A stretch of 64,000 bases of DNA from Bacteroidales bacterium (GCA_018401015.1 JAGYLP010000001.1:206463-270462), one strand, 5' to 3'. Positions 40,049-51,576 are shown, counted from the first letter of the stretch. Numbers and translations are program-made. The notes: generated from the sequence alone by a model not told the origin.

Positions 40049-41153
40049 CTTGTTCCAAATTATGGGTCAAGGCTTTCACGATTTCGAAGTTGTTGAAGAA
40101 TTCCTTTGCAAAAACGCGTAAAACGGTGTACAGCGGAACAGCCGCTACCATACCCAATACTCCCCCAATGCTACCGGCAATGCTGATTACCAGGAATATT
40201 TCCAATGGATGAGCATGGACACTCGAGGAATAAATGAGGGGCTGAAAGAAGATGTTGTCGATAAGCTGAACAATCGCAAAAACTATTGCGGTATAGCCCA
40301 ACAAGGGTAAGAGCCCGGTGTAAAAATCGAGCTGAAAATTGCTGGCAATCGCCAAAAACAATCCGAGAGCGGCACCAATCAAAGGCCCGATGTAGGGGAT
40401 TACATTGAATAAACCTGCTGCAAATCCAATTACAAAACTGGTCTCCAATTCCAGTCCAATAATCCGAAGCCCAATGCTGAGAAACAAGGCAACCAGCAAG
40501 ACTTCGAGTGCAATTCCAATAAAATAGCGCACCAACAAGGCACGTACTTCGCCAAAGAAATCGTTCGACTGCTCTTTAAATCGAGTGGGAACAGCCATTA
40601 CAATCGCATTTTTTAGTAATCCCTTTTCTCGCAAAAGGAAAAACGAAATAAAGGTGATGGAGAAAAGGGCTATAAACACATCGCCCACCAAACTAGTAAG
40701 GTAGTTTAGAATGTTGCTTACGGTCGATAAGTCGAAAAAGCCGGTTAGCTTCGTGGTAAGAAAAGTTTCCAAGTCAAATTCGGTTACCTCGGGCTGAAAA
40801 AGCGCTAGCTGTCGATTAACCCAATCGATGGGAGGACCGAGGTTCTCGGTTAGTTGGTTAACATCGGTCTCCGATAGTGCTTGAGCTTGACTCACCAGCA
40901 TGGGAACGAAAATCCGGAATAGGCTAAAAACCAATGCGTAAAGCGCGGTCAGGGTTAGAAGTGCTTTGATTCCATTGGATAGACGATAATCCTTCACGCG
41001 AATCTTGCTCAATAAGCTCAAGATGGGTTGCCCGATGATAGTAATAATGGCTGCTGTGATGAGGTAGAATACAATGGATTTTAAATACCACAGGGCAGCT
41101 CCTAAGAGAATTGCTCCAATAATCAGGAGAATCGTTCGAAGGTTTTTGGTCAT
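40038..41153 (-). CDS. AI-2E family transporter (PerM/YhhT-like permease)
   Basis: 371 aa with ~8 TM helices and the family-typical IPYIGP motif. Confidence 0.8.
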   Translation of the reverse strand: MTKNLRTILLIIGAILLGAALWYLKSIVFYLITAAIITIIGQPILSLLSKIRVKDYRLSNGIKALLTLTALYALVFSLFRIFVPMLVSQAQALSETDVNQLTENLGPPIDWVNRQLALFQPEVTEFDLETFLTTKLTGFFDLSTVSNILNYLTSLVGDVFIALFSITFISFFLLREKGLLKNAIVMAVPTRFKEQSNDFFGEVRALLVRYFIGIALEVLLVALFLSIGLRIIGLELETSFVIGFAAGLFNVIPYIGPLIGAALGLFLAIASNFQLDFYTGLLPLLGYTAIVFAIVQLIDNIFFQPLIYSSSVHAHPLEIFLVISIAGSIGGVLGMVAAVPLYTVLRVFAKEFFNNFEIVKALTHNLEQAND

Positions 41154-41161
41154 AGTAGGGG

Positions 41162-41725
41162 TTATTCTGATGGTTGAGGAGGATGAACTTCGATGGGTTT
41201 GATTTCAATACTGCCAAACACCGCATTCGCTTCGATGTACAGATAATTCTGGTCGCTTTTCAAGGAATCGCTGTTGTAAGAACTGCTTCCAAAGCCTCCA
41301 GTGCTTCCGTCGGGAAGGCGAGCTCCTCCAAATGCAACGTCGGATTTTACTTTATAAGGGATATTTTTGTCGATGTAAATCTCGGCTGCTCCGAAAACAG
41401 CATTCACTGTTACTTTTTTGTTGCCGGAACTTAAATCGACATTTCGCATATCGAGTTCAATCTTCCCAAAAATAGCATTGTATTCTTTTTGCAATCCATC
41501 GGACGATGAGAAGTTACCCTCGGCAAAAATGACCGACGATTCGGTTTTCGTCGCTCGCCAGGTAAACGAGTCGCCGATTAAAACTTTAATGCCAATGTAA
41601 ATGAAAAAGGCAGCAATCAGAATTTTAAAAATAGGCAGGTCGATTTGAAACACTACTTTCAAAATCAAACCCAACCCAATCACCAAAAAAATAATACCCC
41701 AAATCATAGTCGAACGGTTTTTCAT
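41162..41725 (-). CDS. Membrane protein with LiaF-like (toastrack) C-terminal domain
   Basis: 187 aa with two N-terminal TM helices. Repeated beta units follow, of the type AIFGKIELDM, NAVFGAAEIYI and NAVFGSIEIK. Confidence 0.5.
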   Translation of the reverse strand: MKNRSTMIWGIIFLVIGLGLILKVVFQIDLPIFKILIAAFFIYIGIKVLIGDSFTWRATKTESSVIFAEGNFSSSDGLQKEYNAIFGKIELDMRNVDLSSGNKKVTVNAVFGAAEIYIDKNIPYKVKSDVAFGGARLPDGSTGGFGSSSYNSDSLKSDQNYLYIEANAVFGSIEIKPIEVHPPQPSE

Positions 41726-41892
41726 GACGGAAAGTGAATATTAGGCTAAATAAATAAGCATGAGCTAATTAGTAAAACTACTTACAAATGTAATGGAATA
41801 TCCATCCTGTGCAAGGTGAAATAAGTCAGCTTAGTATTTTTTCTAGAAGCGATTCCGAGTTGAATTTCGAAAACCGACAGGATCTATTCTTG

Positions 41893-43074
41893 CTAGGGTT
41901 TTAAAACCTGAACCTTCGAAAAATGTCGCTCTCCATTTTCCAAGATAGCCTCGATCGTGTAAAGTCCTGGAGCCAGTTCGTCGGTTGGAATGGCTACTTC
42001 CCGTTTTTGAATTGGGATCTGATCGAGCAGTGAACGTCCACTTAGGTCGATGAGGCGTAGGGATGATAATCGAACACTAGATTCAAGGTGAAGGGTGTTC
42101 CCTGAAACCACCGGGTTTGGATAAATGCTCATTTTCCTGCCTGCTGTTTCGGTTAGCGATAGTTGCTCTGGAAGAACGAGCCGTACTCCTACCGGACGGT
42201 GATCGGAGACATAGCTATCGTAATAATTCCAGCCACCCGGATAATAATCGTCGATAGCCAGGCAGGCTACTGAGCCTCCCGGAGCTTCGAAGGCTTCGAA
42301 TAATTCATTGGTTATCAGAATATGATCGAGGTGGGAAGGCCACGACGGATAAGACCAATCGGAACTGCTTCCACTCGCAATTGCATAATCGACAAAATGG
42401 TATTCGGAGGGTGAATTCAGGAAATTCTGGAAGACATTGTGTTGCGTCGCATCGATTAAATTATCGTTGAAATCGCCCAAGACGATTACCTTTTCGTTAG
42501 GATAATAATCCTGTATGTATTGATCGATGAGGATTGAAGCATCTCTTCGCCGGGTTTCTTCGTCCCATTCGTCATTGGAATCCAAATAGCCATCGCCGCA
42601 GCACTTCCAATGATTGTTGATAACCACTACCCGGTTTCCGCGATACTCGGCATCAAAAACCAAGGGTCGGCGCGGAAGTTCCCGTGAATAGGAACTTAAA
42701 ATGGTGTGGATGTTAATGTTTTCAAATGACTCAGGCCGATAGAGGTAAGCGAGCGTAAGGTATTCGCTGGCATTGTAGTAAATTTCCCATCCATTCAGCA
42801 GGAGTTTCAGCGCTTCTAACTCACTTTCCACATCGAGCTCTTGCATGGCGATTAAATCCACATCGAGCGCTTCAATAATCTCCGCAACTTCGTTCAAGGT
42901 TTGCGCCCCGTTTTTAGGAAACCACTCAATATTCCAGCTAATTACATCGAGTGTAGTATCGGTCCCAAAAGTTAGGTCGCTTATATCTTGAGCTTTAAGC
43001 GGATTGTTTAGGAGAAGAAGAATCCCTGTTAAGAATACGATTAGGTTAGACGACCGGGTGTGGGATAAATGCAT
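41893..43074 (-). CDS. Secreted EEP-family hydrolase with T9SS C-terminal sorting domain
   Basis: 393 aa with a signal peptide. EEP motifs are IAMQELD and VSDHRPV. The CTD-like tail is SIYPNPVVSGNTLHL...PGLYTIEAILENG. Confidence 0.7.
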   Translation of the reverse strand: MHLSHTRSSNLIVFLTGILLLLNNPLKAQDISDLTFGTDTTLDVISWNIEWFPKNGAQTLNEVAEIIEALDVDLIAMQELDVESELEALKLLLNGWEIYYNASEYLTLAYLYRPESFENINIHTILSSYSRELPRRPLVFDAEYRGNRVVVINNHWKCCGDGYLDSNDEWDEETRRRDASILIDQYIQDYYPNEKVIVLGDFNDNLIDATQHNVFQNFLNSPSEYHFVDYAIASGSSSDWSYPSWPSHLDHILITNELFEAFEAPGGSVACLAIDDYYPGGWNYYDSYVSDHRPVGVRLVLPEQLSLTETAGRKMSIYPNPVVSGNTLHLESSVRLSSLRLIDLSGRSLLDQIPIQKREVAIPTDELAPGLYTIEAILENGERHFSKVQVLKP

Positions 43075-43109
43075 GCGAGTAGTTTAAGGAAGGTTTTGAT
43101 AAAAAAGTC

Positions 43110-43367
43110 TTATTTAATTTCTTCGAAATCGGTGTATTCTCCCTCTTGGGATTTCGATTTGTTTTTGCGGGGCTTGGTTTCGATGGTCACTTCGCCTTCC
43201 TTTTTGGGAGGGTTGAAATGATTGGGTTGAAATGGATTGAAATTTCCCGGTCCGCCCATCTTCTTAATCCAATAACGCATTAAAAAAGGAAGAGCCAATC
43301 GGAATAAGTAGCGTAAACCCACATACACTCCGAAAATTACGAGCAGGACAATGAGGATTCTGGGCAT
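43110..43367 (-). CDS. Small membrane protein, DUF4834-like
   Basis: 85 aa with one N-terminal TM helix, a basic middle and an acidic C-terminal GEYTDFEEIK. The family is assigned from memory. Confidence 0.45.
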   Translation of the reverse strand: MPRILIVLLVIFGVYVGLRYLFRLALPFLMRYWIKKMGGPGNFNPFQPNHFNPPKKEGEVTIETKPRKNKSKSQEGEYTDFEEIK

Positions 43368-43392
43368 GGCTGAAAATTAATAGGTTAAAGAC

Positions 43393-43426
43393 AAAAAAGG
43401 AGATTGCCCTAAATGGACAATCTCCC
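43393..43426 (-). terminator. Rho-independent terminator after ahcY
   Basis: Stem GGAGATTG (43399-43406) pairing with CAATCTCC (43418-43425). On the minus strand it is followed by TTTTTTG. Confidence 0.65.
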
Positions 43427-43447
43427 TTTACGACCTAAAAAGGTCTG

Positions 43448-44866
43448 TTAGTATCGGTAGTGTTCGGGTTTGAACGGACCTTCGTTGGTTACTCCTATGT
43501 AAGCGGCTTGATCGGGCGTTAAAGTAGTTAGCTTAACGCCAATTTGTTCGAGGTGAAGACGAGCAACCTCTTCGTCGAGGTATTTCGGCAAACGATACAC
43601 ATCGATTTCGTAATCTTTTTGCCATAAATCGATTTGAGCCAGGGTTTGGTTGGCAAAACTGTTCGACATGACGAAACTTGGATGACCGGTAGCGCAGCCT
43701 AAATTCACCAGACGACCTTCGGCTAGTAAAAGAATGGAGTTTCCATTCGGGAAGAAATACTGATCGACTTGTGGTTTGATGTTGCGTTTGCGAACACCTT
43801 CCATTTTATCCAGTTTCTCTACCTGAATCTCATTGTCGAAATGACCGATATTACAGACAATTGCTTGATCTTTCATCTTCGACATGTGCTCGGTCGTGAT
43901 TACGTCTTTGTTGCCAGTGGCTGTAACAAAAATATTTCCTTCAGCAAGAGCATCTTCAACGGTTTTTACTTCGAATCCTTCCATGGCGGCTTGTAAAGCA
44001 CAAATAGGATCGATTTCGGTAACGATTACTCGCGAACCGTAGGAACGCATGCTATGAGCACATCCTTTTCCTACATCGCCATAACCACAAACAACGACTA
44101 CTTTTCCGGCAAGCATTACATCGGTGGCTCGTTTGATCCCATCGGCCAGCGATTCACGGCAACCGTAAAGGTTATCGAATTTCGATTTGGTAACGGAGTC
44201 GTTTACATTGATAGCGGGGAACAAGAGTTCACCTTTTTCTACCATTTGGTATAATCGATGTACGCCTGTAGTAGTTTCTTCCGAAACACCTTTCAGTTCT
44301 TTCACTGCCCGATGCCACTTGGTATCGTCTTCGGCCAATATTTTTTTCAATTGATTCAGAATCATTTCTTCTTCCAGAGTTTCCGGAGTTTTATCCAGAA
44401 TGGAAGGATTCTCTTCTGCTTTATAACCCAGATGAATCATAAGAGTGGCGTCGCCTCCATCGTCCACAATCAGGTTTGGTCCTTGCCCATTGGGGAAGCT
44501 TAAAGCTTGAGCAGTACACCACCAATACTCTTCGAGCGTTTCGCCTTTCCAGGCAAAAACGGGAATGCCTGCTGCTGCAATGGCTGCGGCGGCATGATCC
44601 TGAGTGGAGAAAATATTACAACTGGCCCAGCGAACCGTGGCTCCCAATTCGACCAAGGTTTCAATCAACACGGCGGTTTGAATGGTCATGTGCAAGCTCC
44701 CGGTAATACGAGCGCCTTTCAGGGGTTTCTCTTTAGAATATTTTTCGCGAATCGCCATTAAGCCCGGCATTTCGCGCTCTGCTAATTCAATCTCTTTTCG
44801 TCCGAATTCCGCAAGGCTAATGTCTTTTACTTTGTAATTGATGCCTTCGTTCACAAGAATTTCCAT
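43448..44866 (-). CDS. ahcY: Adenosylhomocysteinase
   Basis: 472 aa. Conserved regions include the N-terminus [26 protein letters not shown], the NAD-binding site [10 protein letters not shown] and the C-terminal HYRY. Confidence 0.95.
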   Translation of the reverse strand: MEILVNEGINYKVKDISLAEFGRKEIELAEREMPGLMAIREKYSKEKPLKGARITGSLHMTIQTAVLIETLVELGATVRWASCNIFSTQDHAAAAIAAAGIPVFAWKGETLEEYWWCTAQALSFPNGQGPNLIVDDGGDATLMIHLGYKAEENPSILDKTPETLEEEMILNQLKKILAEDDTKWHRAVKELKGVSEETTTGVHRLYQMVEKGELLFPAINVNDSVTKSKFDNLYGCRESLADGIKRATDVMLAGKVVVVCGYGDVGKGCAHSMRSYGSRVIVTEIDPICALQAAMEGFEVKTVEDALAEGNIFVTATGNKDVITTEHMSKMKDQAIVCNIGHFDNEIQVEKLDKMEGVRKRNIKPQVDQYFFPNGNSILLLAEGRLVNLGCATGHPSFVMSNSFANQTLAQIDLWQKDYEIDVYRLPKYLDEEVARLHLEQIGVKLTTLTPDQAAYIGVTNEGPFKPEHYRY

Positions 44867-44943
44867 TTTTTATTGTTTTAATTTGCGGGTGCAAAGTAAA
44901 TCTTTCTACCCAATTTTATCAATGTTATTAACAACCTGTTATT

Positions 44944-47268
44944 ATGAGAAATTGTTTTCCGGGGACACTCCTTTTTTTGCTGTTTTTCATGCTGTTATTG
45001 AGCAGGTCGGAGGCTCAGTTACAACCCGGATATTGGAATGAACATTTGCCCTATTATCAAGCAAAAGAGGTTGTCGATGCGGGCGATAAAATATACTGTG
45101 CAACCGATCAGGGACTTTTCTTTTTCGATAAAACAGATAATTCGCTGGAAAAAATTACCCGTATTCAAGGACTTTCCGATGTAGGGGTTTCCACCATCTT
45201 TTATCTCGATTCCTTCGAAGCACTTATCGTAGCTTATACCAACTCCAACATCGACCTGATTAAAGGGAGTACCATCGTAAACGTTCCGGATATCCGCAAT
45301 AAAATTATGGCCGGGAATAAAACCATTAATCGTATTTATACCTGGGAAGACCGCGTTTACCTGGCTTGTGGTTTTGGGATTGTGGTGTTCGACCCGGAAC
45401 GCGAAGAGATTCAGGATACCTATTTAATAGGTGAAGAAGGAACCAAAACGAATGTATTCGATATTTTAGTAAAGAACGATACCCTTTTTGCGGCTACCGA
45501 AAAAGGCATTTTTCGTGCAGGGGTAAACGACCCTTTCCTTGCCGATTACGCGCGTTGGTCGAAATGGAATAACCTCCCGGACCCCAATGGTACTTATTCG
45601 CAACTATTGGAATTCAACGAGGATTTATTTGTCCTACTAGAGGGCGTCGATTCAAATCCGGATCAACTTTTTCAATATCGCGACGGGAATTGGATCGTTC
45701 CGGATTTCTATGAACCTTCCAATTATCGGAGAATTTGGGCCGACGACGAAATGTTAATGCTTACTCGTGCTTTAAGTGTAGAAGGATTTAACCGGGATTT
45801 GGAACGTGTGTACCTCCTGTATCAGTACAATTTCGGAACGATGGATGCTTTTTCCTCCATTCGCGATAGCGAAGGGTTCTATTGGATTGCCGACCGACGA
45901 AACGGACTGGTTCGGAGCAACGAACCCTGGCATGCCGTTTCGATTTTGCCCAATGGCCCATTTCGCGAATCGGCCTTCAATTTTGCCTTCGGAAATAACA
46001 CTTTGTATGTAGCCGGAGGAAGTAAAGACCAGTCGCTCACTCAAACCTACTCCAACGCCGGGTTTTATACCTACAAGGACGGCTGGTGGACCAATTTCAA
46101 TCGAGATCTCCAAGCAAATTTTCCCGATTACCTGTTCGACCTGACCGAAATCATTGTCGATCCAAACGATCCGACACATGTGTTTGCCGGCTCGTGGGGT
46201 TGCGGTCTGTTGGAGTTTCGTAACGATGAACTCGTCGAAGTGTACAATGATACGAACAGCACCTTGCAATCGATCCTTCCCGGATTTTATGTTCGAATCG
46301 GAGGAATGGCCTACGACCGCAACGGGTACTTGTGGATTTCGAATGCAGCCGTGGATAACATCCTTTCGGTGGTGTCGCCCGATGGTGAATGGACTGCTCT
46401 GCCTTACGGTGGAACCACTAGTCGCAGTCAGACCGGTCGGGTAGTAATCGACTCGAACAATTTTAAATGGGTCATTCTTCCTGCCGGCGAAGGATTGTTT
46501 GTGCTAAACGACTCGGGTACGCCAAGCGATTTAACCGACGACGAATACAAAAAGATTACTGTTCGGAACGAGGAGGGCGAAGTGGTTAACGATATTTTCT
46601 CCCTGGCGGTTGATCGGGATGGGTTACTCTGGATTGGGACAAATCAAGGTGTGCTGGTGTATTATGCTACCTGGTCGGTTTTTACTGAAGCCAGTTTTCA
46701 GGCAAATCGGATTATTGTTAATCTCGATGGAACTCCTCAACCTTTGCTGGGAACCGAAACCATCAATGCAATTGCAATCGATGGAGCTAATCGGAAATGG
46801 TTCGGTACGCAATCTGGCGGAGTCGTGTTAATGTCGGCCGATGGAACCACGCAGCTCGAGCAATTTACTACTGCCAACTCTCCGCTTCTTTCGAATACCA
46901 TTTTACAATTGGCCATCGACCCTCAAAGCGGCGAAGTGTTTATTGCAAGCGATAAAGGGATTTCCTCTTATCGTGGTTTTGCTACCGAACCTGAATTGAA
47001 CTTTACTCAGGTAAGTGTTTACCCAAACCCGGTACGCCCAAACTACGAAGGAAACATTGTGATCAAGGGAACGATTGAACAAACGCAAGCGAAGATTACC
47101 GACATAGCTGGTAATGTGGTTTTTTCAACAGAATCGCTTGGAGGACAGGCGATTTGGGATGGTCGCGATTTTTCCGGAAATAAAGTGGCTACAGGAGTTT
47201 ATTTGGTGTATATGACTAATTTCGATGGGTCGAAAACCGCGGTTACCAAGCTCTTGTTTGTAAAATAA
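44944..47268 (+). CDS. PorZ-like double beta-propeller protein with T9SS C-terminal domain
   Basis: 774 aa with a signal peptide. It has two-component-regulator-propeller style repeats (LWIGTNQGV, KWFGTQSGGV, VFIASDKGISSY). The FlgD-Ig/CTD-like tail is VYPNPVRPNYEG...GVYLVYMTNFDG. Size and architecture match PorZ as I recall it. Confidence 0.5.
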   Translation: MRNCFPGTLLFLLFFMLLLSRSEAQLQPGYWNEHLPYYQAKEVVDAGDKIYCATDQGLFFFDKTDNSLEKITRIQGLSDVGVSTIFYLDSFEALIVAYTNSNIDLIKGSTIVNVPDIRNKIMAGNKTINRIYTWEDRVYLACGFGIVVFDPEREEIQDTYLIGEEGTKTNVFDILVKNDTLFAATEKGIFRAGVNDPFLADYARWSKWNNLPDPNGTYSQLLEFNEDLFVLLEGVDSNPDQLFQYRDGNWIVPDFYEPSNYRRIWADDEMLMLTRALSVEGFNRDLERVYLLYQYNFGTMDAFSSIRDSEGFYWIADRRNGLVRSNEPWHAVSILPNGPFRESAFNFAFGNNTLYVAGGSKDQSLTQTYSNAGFYTYKDGWWTNFNRDLQANFPDYLFDLTEIIVDPNDPTHVFAGSWGCGLLEFRNDELVEVYNDTNSTLQSILPGFYVRIGGMAYDRNGYLWISNAAVDNILSVVSPDGEWTALPYGGTTSRSQTGRVVIDSNNFKWVILPAGEGLFVLNDSGTPSDLTDDEYKKITVRNEEGEVVNDIFSLAVDRDGLLWIGTNQGVLVYYATWSVFTEASFQANRIIVNLDGTPQPLLGTETINAIAIDGANRKWFGTQSGGVVLMSADGTTQLEQFTTANSPLLSNTILQLAIDPQSGEVFIASDKGISSYRGFATEPELNFTQVSVYPNPVRPNYEGNIVIKGTIEQTQAKITDIAGNVVFSTESLGGQAIWDGRDFSGNKVATGVYLVYMTNFDGSKTAVTKLLFVK

Positions 47269-47278
47269 TAGAGCCGGG

Positions 47279-49468
47279 TTAATTACCCAGCTCCGACATA
47301 AACTTGATGCGTATCAGTCGTATTTCTTCTTCGCTGTATTGATCTTCTCCCAGCTCGTTTAACGCAGCTTCGATCGATTCCGTTTCAGCTTCTTCGCGGA
47401 AGTATTCGTAAATATCCTCTGCTTTATCTTCGTCGATGGCTTCGTCGATGTAATAGTTGATGTTGATCCGTGTGCCCGAGTTCACAATGGATTCAATCTC
47501 CTCAATGAGTTCAATCATATCCAATCCTTTTGCACTGGCTATATCTTCCAAGGGCATTTTTCGGTCGATGCTCTGGATGATAAAAACTTTTAAGCCGGAT
47601 TTATTTACAATCGATTTAACGACCATATCCTGAGGACGTTCAATCTCGTTTTCATCTACGTGTTTTTTTATGAGTTCAATAAACTCCTTGCCGTAGCGTT
47701 GTGCTTTGCCGGTTCCAACTCCAGAAATCTTGGTGAGCTCCTCCAGGGTGATTGGATATTGTGTCGACATTTCCTCCAGCGATGGGTCCTGAAATATCAC
47801 AAATGGAGGTAGATTCAGCTTTTTGGCAGTTTGTTTTCTCAGGTCTTTCAGCATGGCAAGCAAGGCCGGATCGACCGAACCGGTACCCGCTGATTTGTTG
47901 TCGGGGTTTTCATCCGATTCTTCAAAATCGTGATCCTGAGTTAGCATGAAAGAGTGAGGCTTGTTCAAAAATTCCCTCCCTTTCGGAGTAACCCGGAGTA
48001 AGCCATAATTTTCGATATCTTTATCGATAAAGCCGGCAACCATAGCCTGACGAAAAACTGCATTCCAAAATTTGACTTCTTTTTCCCGACCCATTCCAAA
48101 TTCTTCGAGGGTATGGTGGCGGTAGGATTTTACGGCTGCGGTGATATTGCCGGTTAGAACATGGGCAACATGGTCGGCTTTGAACTTCTCTTTTACTGCC
48201 AGAATGGTTTCTAAGGCTAAAATCACATCGTCTTTCCCTTCGAACTTGGTTTTGGGATTAAGGCAATTGTCGCAATTACCGCAATTCTCCTGATGGTATT
48301 CTTCGCCAAAATAATGAAGCAGGATTTTTCGACGACAAATCGACGATTCAGCATAAGCAACCGTTTCTAGGAGCAGCTGTTTGCCGATTTCTTGCTCAGC
48401 AACCGGTTTCCCCTGAGTGAATTTTTCCAGTTTCTGAATGTCTTTATACGAGTAAAAAGTGATGCATTGTCCTTCGCCACCGTCGCGACCCGATCGCCCC
48501 GTTTCCTGATAATACCCTTCGAGGCTTTTGGGTATGTCGTAGTGAATCACAAACCGAACGTCGGGTTTGTCGATTCCCATTCCAAAAGCAATGGTAGCTA
48601 CAATCACATCCACATCCTCCATGAGGAACTTATCCTGATTAGTTGACCGTGTGGCGGAATCGATTCCGGCGTGGTAGGGTAGTGCTTTGATTCCATTAAC
48701 CACTAAAGTCTCAGCCAGTTCTTCTACTTTTTTTCGGCTCAGGCAGTAAATGATTCCACTTTTCCCGGAATTGTTCTTAATGTACTTGATGATTTCTTTC
48801 TCGGTATTTACTTTAGGTCGGATCTCGTAGTACAGGTTGTCGCGATTGAAAGAGGATTTGAAAACCTCGGCATCGAGCATTCCCAGGTTTTTCTGGATAT
48901 CGTGTTGTACTTTTGGGGTGGCAGTTGCAGTAAGAGCAATGATAGGAGCTCGTCCTATTTCATTCACGATAGGACGAATTCTTCGGTACTCCGGTCGAAA
49001 ATCATGCCCCCATTCCGAAATGCAATGCGCTTCGTCGATTGCATAAAAGGAGATTTGAATCTTCTTTAAAAAATCGATGTTCTCTTGTTTCGTAAGCGAT
49101 TCAGGTGCTACGTAAAGCAGCTTGGTCTTGCCCATCATAACATCTTCTCTCACCTTGATGATAGCCGATTTAGTGAGCGAGGAATTCATGAAATGAGCAA
49201 CTCCATCTTCCGAGCTAAAACCACGCATTGCATCGACCTGATTCTTCATCAATGCGATGAGGGGCGAAATGACAATGGCAGTTCCCTCGAGAAGTAGTGA
49301 TGGGAGCTGATAGCATAAGGATTTGCCACCACCTGTTGGCATTAATACAAAAGTGTCGTTCCCCTGTAAAACATTTTCTATGATGGGCTCTTGCAATCCC
49401 TTGAAACTGGTAAATCCAAAATAGCGTTTTAAGGTGTCCAAGACTGGATATTCAACAACTTCGGCCAT
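47279..49468 (-). CDS. recQ: ATP-dependent DNA helicase RecQ
   Basis: 729 aa. Helicase motifs are present (MPTGGGKSLCYQ and the DEAH box in AIDEAHCISEWGHDFRPEY). There is a Zn-binding Cys cluster (CRRK...CGNCDNC) and RQC and HRDC regions. Confidence 0.95.
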   Translation of the reverse strand: MAEVVEYPVLDTLKRYFGFTSFKGLQEPIIENVLQGNDTFVLMPTGGGKSLCYQLPSLLLEGTAIVISPLIALMKNQVDAMRGFSSEDGVAHFMNSSLTKSAIIKVREDVMMGKTKLLYVAPESLTKQENIDFLKKIQISFYAIDEAHCISEWGHDFRPEYRRIRPIVNEIGRAPIIALTATATPKVQHDIQKNLGMLDAEVFKSSFNRDNLYYEIRPKVNTEKEIIKYIKNNSGKSGIIYCLSRKKVEELAETLVVNGIKALPYHAGIDSATRSTNQDKFLMEDVDVIVATIAFGMGIDKPDVRFVIHYDIPKSLEGYYQETGRSGRDGGEGQCITFYSYKDIQKLEKFTQGKPVAEQEIGKQLLLETVAYAESSICRRKILLHYFGEEYHQENCGNCDNCLNPKTKFEGKDDVILALETILAVKEKFKADHVAHVLTGNITAAVKSYRHHTLEEFGMGREKEVKFWNAVFRQAMVAGFIDKDIENYGLLRVTPKGREFLNKPHSFMLTQDHDFEESDENPDNKSAGTGSVDPALLAMLKDLRKQTAKKLNLPPFVIFQDPSLEEMSTQYPITLEELTKISGVGTGKAQRYGKEFIELIKKHVDENEIERPQDMVVKSIVNKSGLKVFIIQSIDRKMPLEDIASAKGLDMIELIEEIESIVNSGTRININYYIDEAIDEDKAEDIYEYFREEAETESIEAALNELGEDQYSEEEIRLIRIKFMSELGN

Positions 49469-49627
49469 GGAGGAAGATTGATGTTTATGATTGACTAAAG
49501 ATTCAAAATAAATGGGGAATGAATTGGATGCTCGCTGTGGAAGCTCGGTCTGATTTCATACCCCTTATAAAAGTAATTAACAAATACCTAAATAGCAAAT
49601 TTTAAAACGGGACATAAAGATAAATCT

Positions 49628-49635
49628 TACTTTTG
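49628..49635 (+). promoter_or_regulatory. Candidate -7 box (TACTTTTG) for kdsD-tatC-lptB
   Basis: Exact TAnnTTTG match 62 nt upstream of the ATG at 49697. Confidence 0.3.
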
Positions 49636-49696
49636 CCATTTCGTGGGCTCTTAACGATTGTTAAGACTCCTGCCAAAACTCCACATAATCAGGTTT

Positions 49697-50692
49697 ATGA
49701 ATAGTGAATTAGCGCATATTTCAGTAGGTAAGGAAGAGGAAATTCTTGCCATCGCTCAAAATACAATTCAGGCAGAAGCAGAAGCAGTGCAAAATTTGAA
49801 AAATCTGCTCGATCAAGGCTTTGTCGATTCGGTTAACATTATTCTGAACGCTAAAGGAAGGGTCATTATTAGTGGTATAGGAAAAAGTGCCAACATCGCT
49901 CAAAAAATGGTGGCTACCATGAATTCGACCGGAACCTCGGCCATCTTTATGCATGCAGCCGATGCCATTCACGGCGATCTGGGTATCATTCGTCCGGAAG
50001 ATGTCGTTATCTGTATCTCGAAATCGGGCAATACTCCCGAAATAAAAGTGCTTATTCCGCTCATTAAAAATTTGGGGAACCCGGTTATTGCTCTGGTGGG
50101 CAATACCGACTCCTACCTGGCCGATCAGGCCGATTCCGTAATTAACTCCTTTGTTGAACGGGAAGCTTGCCCTAATAACTTAGCCCCTACTTCTTCTACT
50201 ACGGCTCAATTGGTGATGGGCGATGCTCTTGCCGTTTGCCTGCTCCATCTAAAAGGATTTTCCGATGTTGATTTCGCTCGCTTCCATCCGGGAGGTTCTC
50301 TGGGCAAAAAATTATACATGACGGTCGGCGATATTTATAAAGTGAACCCTGTGCCGCAAGTGAGTGAATCCGATTCTGTTCGCAAGGTGATTATGGAAAT
50401 ATCGGGTAAGCGATTGGGAGCTACCGTTGTTTTAAATAAAAACGGGGAGCTACTAGGAATTATAACCGATGGCGATATTCGCCGTATGTTGGAAAAATAC
50501 GAAGATTTTTCGCATCTAAAAGCATCGGACCTAATGAGCCTGAACCCCAAATCGGTTCAACCCGACGACCTGGCTGTAAAGGCTTATCAGCTTATGGAGA
50601 AAAACAAAATTACGCAGCTAATCGTTCGGAATGAAAGTGGTTATCAGGGAATGATCCACTTACACGATATCTTACGCGAAGGGATTATTTAA
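49697..50692 (+). CDS. kdsD: Arabinose-5-phosphate isomerase (KpsF/GutQ family; SIS plus tandem CBS)
   Basis: The SIS motif is ISGIGKSANIAQKMVATMNSTG, followed by two CBS domains. The ATG at 49697 is preferred over the listed TTG at 49658. Confidence 0.85.
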   Translation: MNSELAHISVGKEEEILAIAQNTIQAEAEAVQNLKNLLDQGFVDSVNIILNAKGRVIISGIGKSANIAQKMVATMNSTGTSAIFMHAADAIHGDLGIIRPEDVVICISKSGNTPEIKVLIPLIKNLGNPVIALVGNTDSYLADQADSVINSFVEREACPNNLAPTSSTTAQLVMGDALAVCLLHLKGFSDVDFARFHPGGSLGKKLYMTVGDIYKVNPVPQVSESDSVRKVIMEISGKRLGATVVLNKNGELLGIITDGDIRRMLEKYEDFSHLKASDLMSLNPKSVQPDDLAVKAYQLMEKNKITQLIVRNESGYQGMIHLHDILREGII

Positions 50693-50701
50693 TTTGCATT
50701 T

Positions 50702-51565
50702 ATGGCCCGACAAAATTTGAATGAACAAGTCGAAATGACTTTTCTCGATCATCTGGAAGTGCTTCGGTGGCACCTGATGCGTGCGGTTCTGGCTGTCGTC
50801 CTTCTGGCAATAGTGGTATTCCTTTTCAGCGATTATATTTTTGAGGAAATTATTTTCGCTCCCAAAGAAGCCGGATTTTGGACCAATCGGATGCTTTGCG
50901 AAGCAGGAGCGCTAATGAGTAAAGGCCTTGCTTGGCTTTCTATTACCGTTTCGCCCACTTTACTCTGTATCAATACCGAACCCCTCGAGATATACAATAT
51001 TAACATGGCCGGACAGTTTTCAACGCATATCCGAATTTCACTCTTGCTCGGCTTAGTGCTGGCGTTTCCTTATGTGTTCTGGGAAATGTGGCGTTTCATC
51101 AAACCTGCTCTTTACGATAAAGAAGTGAAACATAGCAGAGGAGCCATTTTTTATACCTCTGGTCTGTTTATGGCGGGTGTCCTTTTTGGCTATTACCTCA
51201 TTACTCCGCTTACTATTCATTTCTTAGGCTCCTATCAAGTGAGTTCTTCGGTAGCCAACGAAATTAATCTCAACTCCTATATCTCGACCTTAAGTTCGGT
51301 GGTTCTGGCTGCCGGTATCGTATTCGAACTGCCCGTTATGGTTTACTTTCTAGCTAAAATCGGATTGGTAAGCGCCGAATTCCTTCGGAAATATCGCCGG
51401 CATTCGATCATCGTAATTCTGCTCCTCTCGGCAATTATTACCCCTCCCGATGTGTTTAGTCAATTGCTGGTGGGTATTCCCTTGGTCATTTTATACGAAG
51501 TGAGTATTAAAATAACTCGCCGGATTGAACGCAAACGCATGCTGGAAGCCGAAGGATTGACTTAA
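50702..51565 (+). CDS. tatC: Twin-arginine translocase subunit TatC
   Basis: 287 aa with six TM helices. The N-terminus ([14 protein letters not shown]) and the overall TatC pattern fit. Confidence 0.85.
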   Translation: MARQNLNEQVEMTFLDHLEVLRWHLMRAVLAVVLLAIVVFLFSDYIFEEIIFAPKEAGFWTNRMLCEAGALMSKGLAWLSITVSPTLLCINTEPLEIYNINMAGQFSTHIRISLLLGLVLAFPYVFWEMWRFIKPALYDKEVKHSRGAIFYTSGLFMAGVLFGYYLITPLTIHFLGSYQVSSSVANEINLNSYISTLSSVVLAAGIVFELPVMVYFLAKIGLVSAEFLRKYRRHSIIVILLLSAIITPPDVFSQLLVGIPLVILYEVSIKITRRIERKRMLEAEGLT

Positions 51566-51576
51566 TTCAAAAAGAT